The translations under genes were made by a program, and so were the position numbers. The notes beneath the pieces were generated by a model. The model searched no databases, was not told the origin of the DNA, and saw nothing but the letters and a program-made list of their open reading frames with translations. Shown in pieces: positions 14,235-26,867 of a stretch of DNA of 48,261 nucleotides. The first letter of the stretch is position 1; each line of letters opens with the position of its first letter. The DNA lies in NCBI GenBank assembly GCA_023231475.1, contig JALJEE010001568.1:1-48261 (forward strand), read 5' to 3'. Source of the stretch: Seison nebaliae (lineage: Eukaryota).

Positions 14235-15890
14235 TTAGGATGAGGTCACATTTCCCGAACTTTCTTCTAGAGCTTCTTGAACCATTTTCTTTAGAACGTC
14301 AGCTTGATTGACATATTCGAAGATATGGGGAGCATGAAGTAGAAGTATAAGTGTTCCGATAATGGTTGCGAGGAAGAAAGTTCCCAGCATTAAACGATCG
14401 AAAACTGAAGCAATGTATCGCCATTCCTCACAAATCGTTTCATAATCCTCTTCATGTTTCGTATGTTTGGCAATAAATTGAACAGATTTTGCCGCTTGTA
14501 ATGCTTCCTTACTAATCGGTACATCATCATCTGGTACAAGTTGTTCCTGACAGAATTCCGTTTCATTTTCGCTCCCAAAAATGCCGTCGTCTTCTTGTAC
14601 ATTCTTCGACGAACGACTTAATGTTGGAAGAAGTCGTTGACGTAAATTTGCACAAGAACTACTGAGAGAAGTTTTAGATAAATTTGATCTTGATAATTTT
14701 TTCGGTATTGGATCTTGATCGAAAACTTGATCTTCTGATAATTGTTGATGAGAACGAAAACGGACAGAATCTGATTTCTCCAATCGTTGTCTGGCTTTCC
14801 TTAATTCGAGTTGTTTCTTTTCTTTCGCTTTTGATCGTTCTTTTTCACTTCTTGCCGGTCCCATAAATAGTAATTTTGGTAATTTTTGGATGAATAACCA
14901 TCGAATCCAGACGGGCATTCGGTGTGTTCTCGGTGTTCTGTAATGCCAATTGATGAGGAGGACAGTGACGACGATAGTTATGATATTGACTAAGAATGTA
15001 AATAAGAGATATTTGCTGATGAGCGGAATAACGATGGAAGTTGGTGGAAGAATTTTCGATATCATCAACAAGAACACAACCAAAGCAAGGAGGATACTAA
15101 TACACAATGTCACTTTTTCACCAGCTACTGTTGGAAGATAGAAGACGCAAATGGATAAGAAACTGATAAGACTACTCGGTATAATTAGATTAATCGTATA
15201 GAATAAAGTTTTCCTTCGAATACGTATTTTGTAAACAATCTCTTCTTTTTGAGTATGTTGATTGATGGAAATGTTCATCGGTCCTTCAATCAAATCCCAT
15301 GTTGCACTAACATGATAATCTTTCACTTCTACTTTCTTCACTTTACCAAAACTAATTTGTTTCGCTCGAAATGTCCATGAACCAAATCTCATTTCACATA
15401 CTTGCTCATCAAACGGAAAATATTTTACATCAATATAACAAGAGGATTTATAGATGGCTGGTGGTACCCACAACATGGCACCATAATAATATATGACCAC
15501 ATTCGACTTATAAGACACTTCGTAATTTCCATCGGCATTATTAAAAAGAACGATATCAGGTGTCCACACACGATCAGATGGTACTCTTATCGATTGAATA
15601 TTACCAAAATCTTCCGGTTTCCATTTTAACTGATAATCGGTCCATTCCATATTCAACCAGACGTTCGTCTTCATGATCTGTTCCTTCTCGAACACATGAA
15701 TGATTTGGAGAAGTGAAATGAAGAAATCGATCTTTATCGTTTCGTTCAGTTCCTTCACTGGCCGAATAAGACTATTATAAGTTTTGAATAATTGTTTAAT
15801 TAGAGCCGCCTCATGATCAGATGTATGCACGATTTTAATCGATAAAATTAGTAGTAATTGTGTTAGAGTGAGTAATCGAATAAAATCCAT
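14235..15890 (-). CDS. Nicotinic acetylcholine receptor non-alpha (beta1/UNC-29-like) subunit, intronless
   Basis: Signal peptide, WTPDIVLFNNADG, Cys-loop CYIDVKYFPFDEQVC, RRKTLFY, GEKVTLCISILLALVVFLL (cation-type TM2), TM4 EWRYIASVFDRL; no vicinal Cys pair in loop C. Confidence 0.95.
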   Translation of the reverse strand: MDFIRLLTLTQLLLILSIKIVHTSDHEAALIKQLFKTYNSLIRPVKELNETIKIDFFISLLQIIHVFEKEQIMKTNVWLNMEWTDYQLKWKPEDFGNIQSIRVPSDRVWTPDIVLFNNADGNYEVSYKSNVVIYYYGAMLWVPPAIYKSSCYIDVKYFPFDEQVCEMRFGSWTFRAKQISFGKVKKVEVKDYHVSATWDLIEGPMNISINQHTQKEEIVYKIRIRRKTLFYTINLIIPSSLISFLSICVFYLPTVAGEKVTLCISILLALVVFLLMISKILPPTSIVIPLISKYLLFTFLVNIITIVVTVLLINWHYRTPRTHRMPVWIRWLFIQKLPKLLFMGPARSEKERSKAKEKKQLELRKARQRLEKSDSVRFRSHQQLSEDQVFDQDPIPKKLSRSNLSKTSLSSSCANLRQRLLPTLSRSSKNVQEDDGIFGSENETEFCQEQLVPDDDVPISKEALQAAKSVQFIAKHTKHEEDYETICEEWRYIASVFDRLMLGTFFLATIIGTLILLLHAPHIFEYVNQADVLKKMVQEALEESSGNVTSS

Positions 15891-17438
15891 TTGTTACTCT
15901 CTCTAGCCTTTTCTTATGTCTCGTTGAGTATAGTTTATTTAATATTTTATGAGTAATGAAGCTCGATCGTTCAATTCACAGCAAACATTTCCATATTCCG
16001 TCGTTTTTTCAAGACTGTTGTGATGAGAGATGGAGGAAACAGGAGAAAATGAGAAAGAATATTCTGTTCTGTATAGACTTATATAATTTCGTATAACTCT
16101 CAGCAATTATATTAGTAGTACGCATCTCATGTTATGCAGATGATGGAGTATGCTTAATGGGAATTAATGCTAGAATTGGAAATGTTGTTGTTGAAAAAGA
16201 AATAAGGAAACTACTCTCCTCCTTCTCCCTTCCATTATGCGAATGGATGTAATCGGAGTCAAATTATTTGCTTTCCTATTATATGCAGTTAGTGTATGCT
16301 AACACTTTGGGAGGGGAGTCCATCTGCGGAAAGGAAAAAAATTAACCTCTCCTATACACGTATACACTTCGTTAGTTAAATCTCACATGAAATGTTGTCT
16401 TATGTAGAGCTGCATGTAAGGGAGTATGTATAACTCAAGCGATATATTCGGCTGTTCAGACACCGATAAGAGGAGGAGGGGGAAACGAGATTTCTTAAGC
16501 AAAACATGCTCTATCTCTCCACTACTTTTTGCTATTGTTAAATAACATTCATCTACTTATATAGGAAACTCAAATATATTCCCTTCTTAACTGATTGATC
16601 ATTTATTTTATCTTTCATCTGAAACCTAATAACATCATTTCATTAGATTCATCCCTTCAAACAAACATGAAACCGAAAATAAGAAACTTTATTGGAATAT
16701 TCTTTCCATTTCTCTTAATATACTTCAATTTGCCAACATTTCCGTAGGAACAAATGTCATAACGAATATTTCTTTCATTTCCTATCCTTGTTACTAACAG
16801 TTACTGTCAGTAAGTATTGTACAATGGCAACAATTTAATTCAACGAATAGTAATACAGGAAATTCATTTATAAATCGAACATGATATTAATCAAATTAAC
16901 AATTCCATTCCAATTAATGGTGCCAATTCCATTAGGTCTCAAATTTCCCTAATTAAATATTAAATCAAAAGACCACTCATAAATTCATCTATTCACTTAT
17001 AAAATTATTCTTAAGAACATGTAACATCTGTGATCAAATATGTTAAGTAATTTCTTAAAATTTTAATTAATTCCATCCCAGCACAACATCAAATATCACA
17101 TAAAATTTTAAATAAAACTAAAATTTCTTAAAAATAAAACTTTCATTTCAATGTGTTCTCACTGATCACCGATTTGTTAATTGACATAATTCTACTAATT
17201 CCCTTCCATTTCTAAGGTAACCAGTTAGATGACATTGTAATCGAAATCGACATAGAATAGAAGTAAAAAAGTATTTGATAAGAAACTTATATTTGTAGTG
17301 AAATTCAACTATAATCGATTTCGTTCTTCATCTTTTAATAAAAACTCGTTCGAAAAGGAGAGAAGCATGTGAAAACTTTGAAGTATTTTCATTTCACCAC
17401 ATGCTCTCTCCGTCAAATTTTGAGCAATGTTATGTTAT

Positions 17439-17452
17439 GTTGCTATGGGAAC
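17439..17452 (+). promoter_or_regulatory. Candidate RFX X-box upstream of the kinesin gene
   Basis: GTTGCTATGGGAAC matches GTHNYY-AT-RRNAAC and ends 143 bp before the ATG at 17595. Confidence 0.6.
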
Positions 17453-17594
17453 TAACAACAAATATTTATAAGGTCGGCCCCAATAACGATTCGACTTGGT
17501 CAAAATCTTTATCGACAAAAATTTCAGTAAGAAATTCTTAAAATTCCCATTTTTCATATAGACCACATTTGTCTACGATTAACAGTTTTGAAAG

Positions 17595-20500
17595 ATGCCA
17601 GAAGAAGAAAGCGTTCGGGTTGCCGTTCGCGTCCGTCCATTCAATAGTCGTGAAAAGGAGCGAAATGCCAAACTCGTCATATCGATGAAAGGAAAAAGTA
17701 CTACCATCACCGAACCATCAACAGGAGGCGATAGGAAATTTGCATTCGATTATTCTTATTGGTCTCATGATGGTTTCAAAAAATTAGATGATGGATATCT
17801 CGCTAAAGACACGTCACAACCGAATGGCAACAATTACGCCGAACAGAATAATGTCTTCGACGATTTAGGTAGAGGTGTATTAGCCAATGCGTGGGAGGGT
17901 TACAATTCATCACTATTCGCGTACGGACAAACGGGTAGTGGTAAATCATGGTCGGTTGTCGGTTATGGTACAAATCGAGGAATTGTTCCAAAATTCTGCG
18001 ATACGATTTTCACTGAAATCGCCGCAAAAACTGAAGATGCTCAATATGAAGTTTCTTTCAAAATTTCTCTAAAAATGATTCCTAATCCGTTTCTAAGGTT
18101 TCTTTCAGTATGTTAGAAATTTATTGTGAAGTTGTTCGAGATTTGTTGGATTCAAAATCGAGTAATAAACATGGACTCAAAATCAGATTTCATCCCAAAA
18201 AAGGATTTTACGGTTAGAAAACGGAATTACAGAAATGTCGAAAAATTATTTTGTTTAAGTTGAGAAACTTCGTCAGGAATTAGTAGCGAATTATCAAGAT
18301 ATTGAAAAATTGATGGAATTGGGAACATCGAATCGAACAGTTGCCTCTACTAAAATGAATGCGACGAGTAGTCGTGCTCATACCATCGTCACATTGAAAT
18401 TAGTTCAGAAATACAAAAATGCTGCAGGGCAAGAAACTGCGAAATCTTCAATCACAAATCTAGTCGATTTAGCAGGAAGGTTAATCAATTATTTCATTCA
18501 AATATAAATATTTTATTAAACAGTGAACGAGCTGAGAATACTGGAGCTACAGGTGATCGATTGAAGGAAGGTGCCGCCATCAATCTTTCTTTATCATCAT
18601 TAGGTAACGTGATCTCGGCCTTAGCTGAACAAGCTGAAGGAAAAAATATCCGAGGTTTTTTTTTGAAAAAATTTTCTTTTTCAATTTTTTTCTAAAATTT
18701 TAGTTCCGTTTAGAGATTCAGCTTTGACCAAATTATTGATGAATGCACTTGGAGGTAATAGTAAAACAATTATGATTGCTGCAATCAGTCCAGCTGATAT
18801 CAATTATGATGAATCGTTGTCGACTTTACGATATGGTTAATTATCTGAAATTCTAAGATAATACTGAACATTTTCAATTAATTTTCTTTTTAGCCGATCG
18901 AGCGAAACAGATCAAATGTAAAGTGCAAGTGAATGAAGATCCGACGGAGAAGTTGATTCGTGAGTTGAATGAAGAGAATGACCGATTGAAAAAACTGATA
19001 TCGGAAGGAGGAATAGATCCAGCTCAATTGGCTGAATTGGGAGGAGCAGCTGGAGGTGATATGAGTAACGAAGGTTAGAGAAATTTAAATGATTTAAATG
19101 ACATAAATATTTGTTGCAGAATTGGATGAGTTGAAGAAAGAAATGCAAGCGGAGATGGAAGAGAATGAACGAGAAGTAGAAGAGATGAAGAAACAATACG
19201 AACAGAAATTAGCTGAAATGAGAACTAGACAAGTTAACTTATTAGAAGTTGTTTTAAAATTTATTTTTTTTCTGGTAGGGCGGAGCCATTGGGGAACGAT
19301 CAGAATTGAATGAAAAAGCGAAAACGACAGCACATTTCTATAATTTGAATATGGATATGATGTTAACTGGAAACATCAAATATTTATTGGACAAAGATAA
19401 ATTGACAATTGGTGATACATCGGATAATCAAATAGAAATCTTCGGACCAAGTATTCAAGATCATCATGCTGTTGTTGTTGTTCAAGAAGATCGATATTTC
19501 ATCGAACCAGTTAATGAAGATGCTATGGTATATGTCAATGGAAATGTGATAAATGGATTAACAGAATTATTTCATTATGATCGAATAGTTTTTGGTAATA
19601 CGCAATATTATACTCTTTGTATACCATCAAAAATTAGTGAAAACGATCAACCACCACAATGGCTTCAAGCTCAAGAAGAAATTAATGGAACTGCAACGAA
19701 AAAACAATTGTCCGGTCTAACACCGAAACAACAACGTGATCAATTTCTATTGGAGGAGGATTTAGCGGAAATGATTCCAGCAGTGGAAGAGGCGAATGCT
19801 ATTTCCAGCAAACTGGATAAAAAAATGAGATATGAATGTGTTCCGGTAACGGGAATGGCACGAGGTGAACCACTTGCTCGAACTATGCCGTTTGTTCATG
19901 TCGAGAATTTCGAAGACACTTTACAATGGTGGTATGATAAACGAACATTTTTAGCAAAACAATATACGATGAAAGATATTTATGATGATTTCAAATCAGG
20001 TAAACCAAATTGGGATAGAAAGAAACGTAACGATCCTTTTTATGAATCGCCCGACACACCATTCCAATTAGGAACAGTAAATGTTCCACTGAAAGCATTA
20101 TCTCATCAAGTTCATTAACTTTTCCTTAAAATTTTCATTAGAATTGATAGATCGAATTGAAAGAAACATTGAAAATTGTTGGATTTAAAGGTGACGAATT
20201 GGGCACGATTGATGTTAATTTTTTAAGTATTTCTTTTTCTTTCTAATTTCTTTAGATTGAACTAGTTCCATGTGATGGAAATGGAAGAGAGTATACTGAG
20301 AAGGATGATAAAATGGTTGAAAATCCGAAAGAATTAATTGGAAAACCATATTATCTGGTGGTGAAAGTGGGACAAATGAATGCATTGGAGAGTCAATATG
20401 AAGTTAGGAGGATTGAAGGAAAAATTGGGAAATAATTTATTTTCGAAGGATATCTATTGTCGATATAAATTCGAGGAGGATGTGACCGCTCATCAAACAA

Positions 20501-21265
20501 CAACAGTGAAAGGTACTCATCGTCCGAATTTCAAATATAAGAAAATTCATAAATATGAAACAGCGCTAAATGAAGAGGTTTTCATTGATGAATTTTTGTC
20601 TTTTGATTTATGGAGTTTATAGAATTTGAAATATTTAATGGAGAGTTCGTTGATGATACAAGTGTGGACGGAGCAGAAACATCCGAAAAAGAAGGAAACA
20701 AAAGGAAAGAACACGAAGGAATTGATGAAGGAAATGAGAAAATTGACGAGGAAAGAATTGAAGAAACAAGGTAAGAATAAGAAAGAAATGGTCGTTTGTA
20801 ATAGTCAGACAACGGAAAAAACGAAGGATATCGAACAAAACCTTAATGTGATGACGGCGTTACATAAGAGATTAGAAGTGCGATTGGTTATTATCAGATT
20901 TATTAACGATTCCTCTTTCATTAGTCTATAGAATAATGTTAAATATCTGATTGATCAATGTAATGAGAAGGGAAGGAAAATGGTAGCTGTGGAATTAGTT
21001 CGAGACGTTTGGCAATCGAGCTCGGGAGAGGAGGCAAGAAAAATCGTTCGAATCGGATTCAAGAAGGATAGTTAGGTTTTCTTGGATATTTAATTTAATT
21101 AATTAATTTGATTATTCTTATTCCAATTTATTAAAACGATCCTAATCAACTCAATTGCACTCAACAGACAGTGATACAATTTCATACAAAAGTTCCGCAT
21201 CCTTAAAAAGTGACAAAATTAATAGTAATCATGCTACACAATCATCGACCTGTATTCTACTTTAA
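17595..21265 (+). CDS. Kinesin-3 family motor, KIF28P/KLP-6-like, 14 exons
   Basis: [23 protein letters not shown]-loop [35 protein letters not shown] domain ([10 protein letters not shown]), VEEANAIS and DPFYE motifs, C-terminal CILL. Thirteen introns from 18051-18097 to 21071-21167. Confidence 0.93.
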
Positions 21266-24202
21266 TGAACGTGACATCGTAATGATTTTTGTTCTTTATG
21301 AGAATATCTTTTCCTTTCACCAATTCACATTAACTTCACTCCAATACAATTTAACTTTGTTTGTTTCTTTTTCTCATACTTCTTAATTCTCCCCTACATT
21401 CCTTTCTCCCTAACGATATTTCCCTAGAAAAACGACACAAAATGAGTAACACATCAATAAAATCGACAGAGAATGATATATGTTTAAATTTCGTTTCTTA
21501 TGACATAAACGGAAAACTTTTATAATGTCATTTAATAACTGATTCATCTCATTCTCTAAATTGATATCATCAAATGCATTTAATCGACAGCCACTCAATT
21601 ATTAGGACACAGAGGGAAAGAAAGAAAGAATATACAAGGTATCAATTTGTTGAGGTTGAGATGATTTTTTATGTGTTTAAGCAAATATGGAAAGTGGACA
21701 TACGTATTTACGTAATAGTATATTTCATAGGTTTACACAATTTTATGAAGTTATTTTTATGAGAAAAATGGCCTAAATAATAGTAATTTGCATTAGATTA
21801 ATCGTTTATCTAATGTTATAAAACTTAAATTTAGAATAATTACGACCGACGACAACAATCGATAATTATTGGTTATCATTGTTTATTGAATAAATAGATG
21901 GTTGAGTTGTTATCATTCATTTCCAGTGTATATTTGCTGACAGTGAGTGATTTCGGTTAAGTTTCCTACTGTCGCTATTTACATAGAACCTTTCATTTCC
22001 ATTCCTCTTATTATCAACAACAATTCAATCTTAACGCCAGTCTACTTCTATGTACGTGGAAAGAATAAGTAAATTTCATGTTTATTCTAAACTACTCTAG
22101 TACATTGACGAAAAAAACATTGATGGGGTTCACTGGAAATTGTTTATTGACTAAAAACTTCTTTTTTCAGTTGTTGACTCTTGAGTTATTGTACTCGATG
22201 TGTATTATTGAGGTTTTGAAAGAAAGAAACCTAAAGATAAATAGATAATTTGGGGATAAATGTAACTAAACTCGTTAACATCAATAATTAGCTGGTAGTC
22301 GTCAAATTTTGGATATACAACTACGTTTCTTTCCTTATTGGTCTATGACCGTTAACTGTATTGGGAAAAGGCTCTGTATCACATCAATTATCTTCAAATT
22401 GATACATATTATCGGAAGAAGGAAGACATCTTACAATGTCGCCCTTAAACTTGAGTTTATGTGAGAAAGACTCTAAAAGACATAGGAAAATTTTCATTAA
22501 AGATGTTTTTGTTGGAAAAAATGAAATTGAAAATTAAAAAAAAACAGGGGATGAATGTTGCGGATCAATCAACAATAACAAGGAATTTACGAATGTAGAA
22601 AACAAGATGTAGAGATTGATTAATATTAATAAATGTTAGATGGAAATGAAGATGGATAATAAAATGGATTATATTATGATTATATCGTATGATTTGTAAC
22701 TTTTCATTTTGTACATGTATTGTCTCATTAATTTAAGTGTACAAAGTCCCATGTTAGGCTAGGCTAAGCTACGTATCAAGCATCCTATATTTGGTCTCCC
22801 TAACTCTTTTCTTTTTTAAAGATAGCATGAGTATTTTGAGATAAATCTTCATCCGTATACAACGGATAATGTATATATTGATATATGGTAATACAAGATT
22901 AAGATTAAACTCACTTCTCCATGTTCAATATTCATATAATATTATCTCATCCATGTGGATGAGGGAGAACGAAAATTCCTTTATATAGTCGGCAACGTCA
23001 AGATGAAGAAAGTTCGAGTGTAGAACGATTGGAGCAGATTGTTATCTTATCTCTACTCGATGTGGAGAGAAAATCGAATTATTAATTTTCTTCGATATAT
23101 ATATCCAGGATCGTATACACGAAATGAAAATAAGACTTAAACGAGGATAATAGTCATAATCATGGGATGAAAGCGACCGTCTTATTATTCTCATTTCGAT
23201 TCTTTTTCTTCTTTCTTTTACCTTTCTACTCGTGTATGGAGAGCTGGATGGAGAATTAGTTTCAACCTCTAATTTCTGATTGCTTGTCTTTGTTCTTTCA
23301 CACACAAATAAATGGACGACGGTCATTTATTTGTTGATGAGTTTTCGACAAATTTTGACTTTCCACTTAATCAGTAGTAGTATTATACGACTTGGTTGAG
23401 AATGTTGTACGTTTGTGAACTGACACTGAATGTTCTCTCACTCAAACTAATCGATGTCAACATCATTCTTCAACACAGATGTTATCCCGTCTTTTCATGT
23501 AGTAAGATGTCATCCCTCGTAATGTTGTAGAACGTGAACCACTTTTCTTTTATTCAATCCCCCATCCAGATTGTAATGTGTTAAACTGATTTATGTATTA
23601 TGATTATATTTTAAGGCGTACATCTCGGTGTCTATTGAGATGTAGGGTGGCGTAACAAGTTCGGGGAAGACATCGAAAAATGAACTCCTAGTAAAAAGAA
23701 AACACTTTGTAACAAGCTGAGAAAGTTATCGTAGAACTTAATCTTCGCAATGCTTTCCTCTCCTTCGTTTTTACCACCCAATCTCTCCGTAGTTTCTTTT
23801 CCTCTTAACCAAAGTTTTATCTATCAATTTCGAAGTTCGTTTATACAAAGACATTTTGAGAATGAGAATCTCAACAACGTTCCCCATCTTCTCCCATTCG
23901 ATCGATTTCCGTATTTAGATATTTCCTGATATAGATAAATACCAAACTATTCAAAATCCCAAGGCTTCATCGAATATACTTCCTTTCTGTTTTGACACTT
24001 TCACATCACTTTATTTTTTCTGAAAGACTGGAATTCTTTCACGGTTATTTTCCAAACAAACGATCAATTTAACCTTCTATTTTTTCGTCATTCTCTTTTT
24101 TCTTTTGAAGAATCTTCTTCTTCTTCTTTTACTTCTCCCGTCGAACACCAATAAAACTATAAGTTTCTTTCTAAAATTATAACTCTTACTAGTTAGACAG
24201 TT

Positions 24203-26867
24203 ATGGATCGCGCTCTGCTCGAACAATTCGTCGGACCGCGTGTTCGTTACGGACAAACGGCAGAATGTCATCTACCTAAATCAACTAATCGAATAACCTC
24301 AAATTATTTGAATTGTTTAACGAAAACAATCGATCTGAATAAGAATATTAAATTAAGAAATAAATTGAATGAAGATAAATGGAAAAATATCAAATATCGA
24401 TATCTCCAAAAAAGTTCAACGTTTGAGAAGAGAGTGGAAGAATCAGTAAATAAAAGTCTGATAAAAAAACCTGATCCCATTCTAACAACACATTTAGATA
24501 GTAGTGATTCAGGTTGTTCATCTCAATCGATCGATAAAGAAGATGTGACTATATCACCGAAAAAAAAATTTAACAACTATAAAGCATCGTCAATTATTTC
24601 ATCTGTGACGATGTTACCTAAAGTATCGAATCAATATCGGAAACAATTAATCTCCTCATCAACAAGTACATTCCAATCGCCGTCAATAAAAAAATCGGTA
24701 AATTCAATAATAATGAATAAATCGATGAATAATTTCAATACGATTAATTCCGATTTGAAATTGAAAGAATTCAGAGAGATTATCCATGAAAATATTCCTC
24801 TCATCGATATACCAAATTTTCAAACATTTAAACAATTATTAGAATTAGTTAAAAGTTCAATCATTCACCAAATGCCTAATGCTCTCAATTATTTGAGAGG
24901 AACGAATGAATCGAAAATTATTAAATCTACAAATATTTATTCTCAATCAGCAACGAACGAAATTCAATATCGTATAGCTGGTTACATGTTATTACGAGGT
25001 ATCTTAACAAACGATGCGATAGTGAAATATCAAAAATATTTTTTAGATGTCATGAAACATTTGGTGAAAGATATGAATAAAAATTTTCAAGAAGCTCGAT
25101 CTCCTTTATGTAATATAAGTTGTCTAACTTTAGCTTTGTTCGCTAGACGATGTGGTAATATCTCGTCATCATTCAATTTCTTTATTGAAGTTTTATTTAT
25201 TTCATTATTGCCCTTAACGGCGAGTAATGTGAAATCGATCGATCAAATTGCCATGTTCACAGCTGAATTAATTATAGAACATACGGCTACCACACGAATA
25301 TTGAACGCTGTTCTCGAGAGTCTAGCACAACAGAAACAGAAAGCAGCCAGACGTATTATATGTCGCTTACTTGGTGTCTTGTTACGAGAATGGTCAATGA
25401 AACATTTTTCGTTATTATCGAAACAATCGGAGAATATTGCTTCAACCATAAAAATTGGTTTGAATGACGCTGATGGAAAAACGAGAGAGGAAGCTCGAAA
25501 AGTTTTTGCCATTTATCTACCTATCTTCAAAGATCCAGCAATGAAACTGTTGGGTGAATTGGATGGTAAAAAGCAGAAACAATTGAAAGAAAATATTTCA
25601 ATCAACTGTTCGGAAATCTTCCAACAGGTCAATCGTCTCCGTCAACAATCACTCAGTTCCTTATCCTCAAGTCGTTATGCCTTAGACAATTCTTCAAATA
25701 TAATGAATTCAACAATCATAACAACAACAACAACAACCAGTAATCGTCATCGAAATGATAATGATTCATTGAATGAAAAGAAATCAATAAATGGAAAATC
25801 GAAAAGAAATGACGAGGACGCCGACAACGACGACGATGATGATGATGATGATGAGAGAAATCTTAATAAGAGACAACGAATTGTTTCTTCTAAACGTGTC
25901 ACGGCGAGAACAATAAAAAACGCCTGTCGTCTCAAGAAGTTAGAGGAGAAGATGCAAAACGAAGAAAATTATCGAATGGAGTTCCCGGACAAACACAACA
26001 TCGCAGAAGAGATGAACAAGAACGAACAGATTCTTCGATGGATGAACATTAATCATGAAAACGTATCAACAATTCCACAATCTACTAATCAACTCTCCAC
26101 CGATCGTATTAGTAATAACTCAATCAATTCTAAATTGAAACATCCACTCATCCTCAATAGTCGTTCAACTACATTATCCTCTGTCGGATTCTCTCAATCC
26201 AAAAGACATTTCAACAAATATGACGAATTACGTTCATCTCAAAAAAGTTTCAAACAAAATAATTCAGGAGAAATAGTTCCATCTTTCTTCATTCTATTTT
26301 TCTTATTTTTTGAATTTTAAAATTTTTTAAGGAATTAATTCGATTGAGACTGTTATTGGACAACAGTGAAAGTTCAGGAAAACAAATCGTAAATATTTGT
26401 TTAAAATATATAACTAAAGTTTTCTTTCTCTTATTTTAATTGTTAAATAATTAAATAATTTATAGAAGGATTCAGTAGAAACGTTAATTCAATTATTGGA
26501 AGGTTATTCGAAGTCGAATAATTTAGAGAAAATCGAAGAACAACTCATCGAATGGATAAATGGAGAAGAAAATGAAAATTATTTGTTGAATTATCTTCGT
26601 TTATTGTCATCGTTGATCGAACATCGATTACTTCCAACAAAAGAACTCACAAATCATTATGTCAAATTATTAGAAGTTCTGAAGGATTGGTGGATCACCA
26701 GTCGATTAGCAACTATAAGGAAAACAATTGTTTTCATCATCGTCGATCTGATGTTGTCGTCAGAAAAGAATCGAGAAAAATGTGAAAAAGTTTTAGCCCC
26801 ACTCTCTCGTGCACAAGAGAAACTTTTAGAACTTTATATGAACAAACGAAAGACGAATGAAAAATGA
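24203..26867 (+). CDS. CLASP: Divergent CLASP (CLIP-associating protein), 3 exons
   Basis: CLASP_N/TOG2-like RSPLCNISCLTLA...IKIGLNDADGKTREEARKVF and C-terminal IRKTIVFIIVDL...LSRAQEKLLELYMNKR. Introns 26276-26331 and 26419-26465. Confidence 0.8.
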
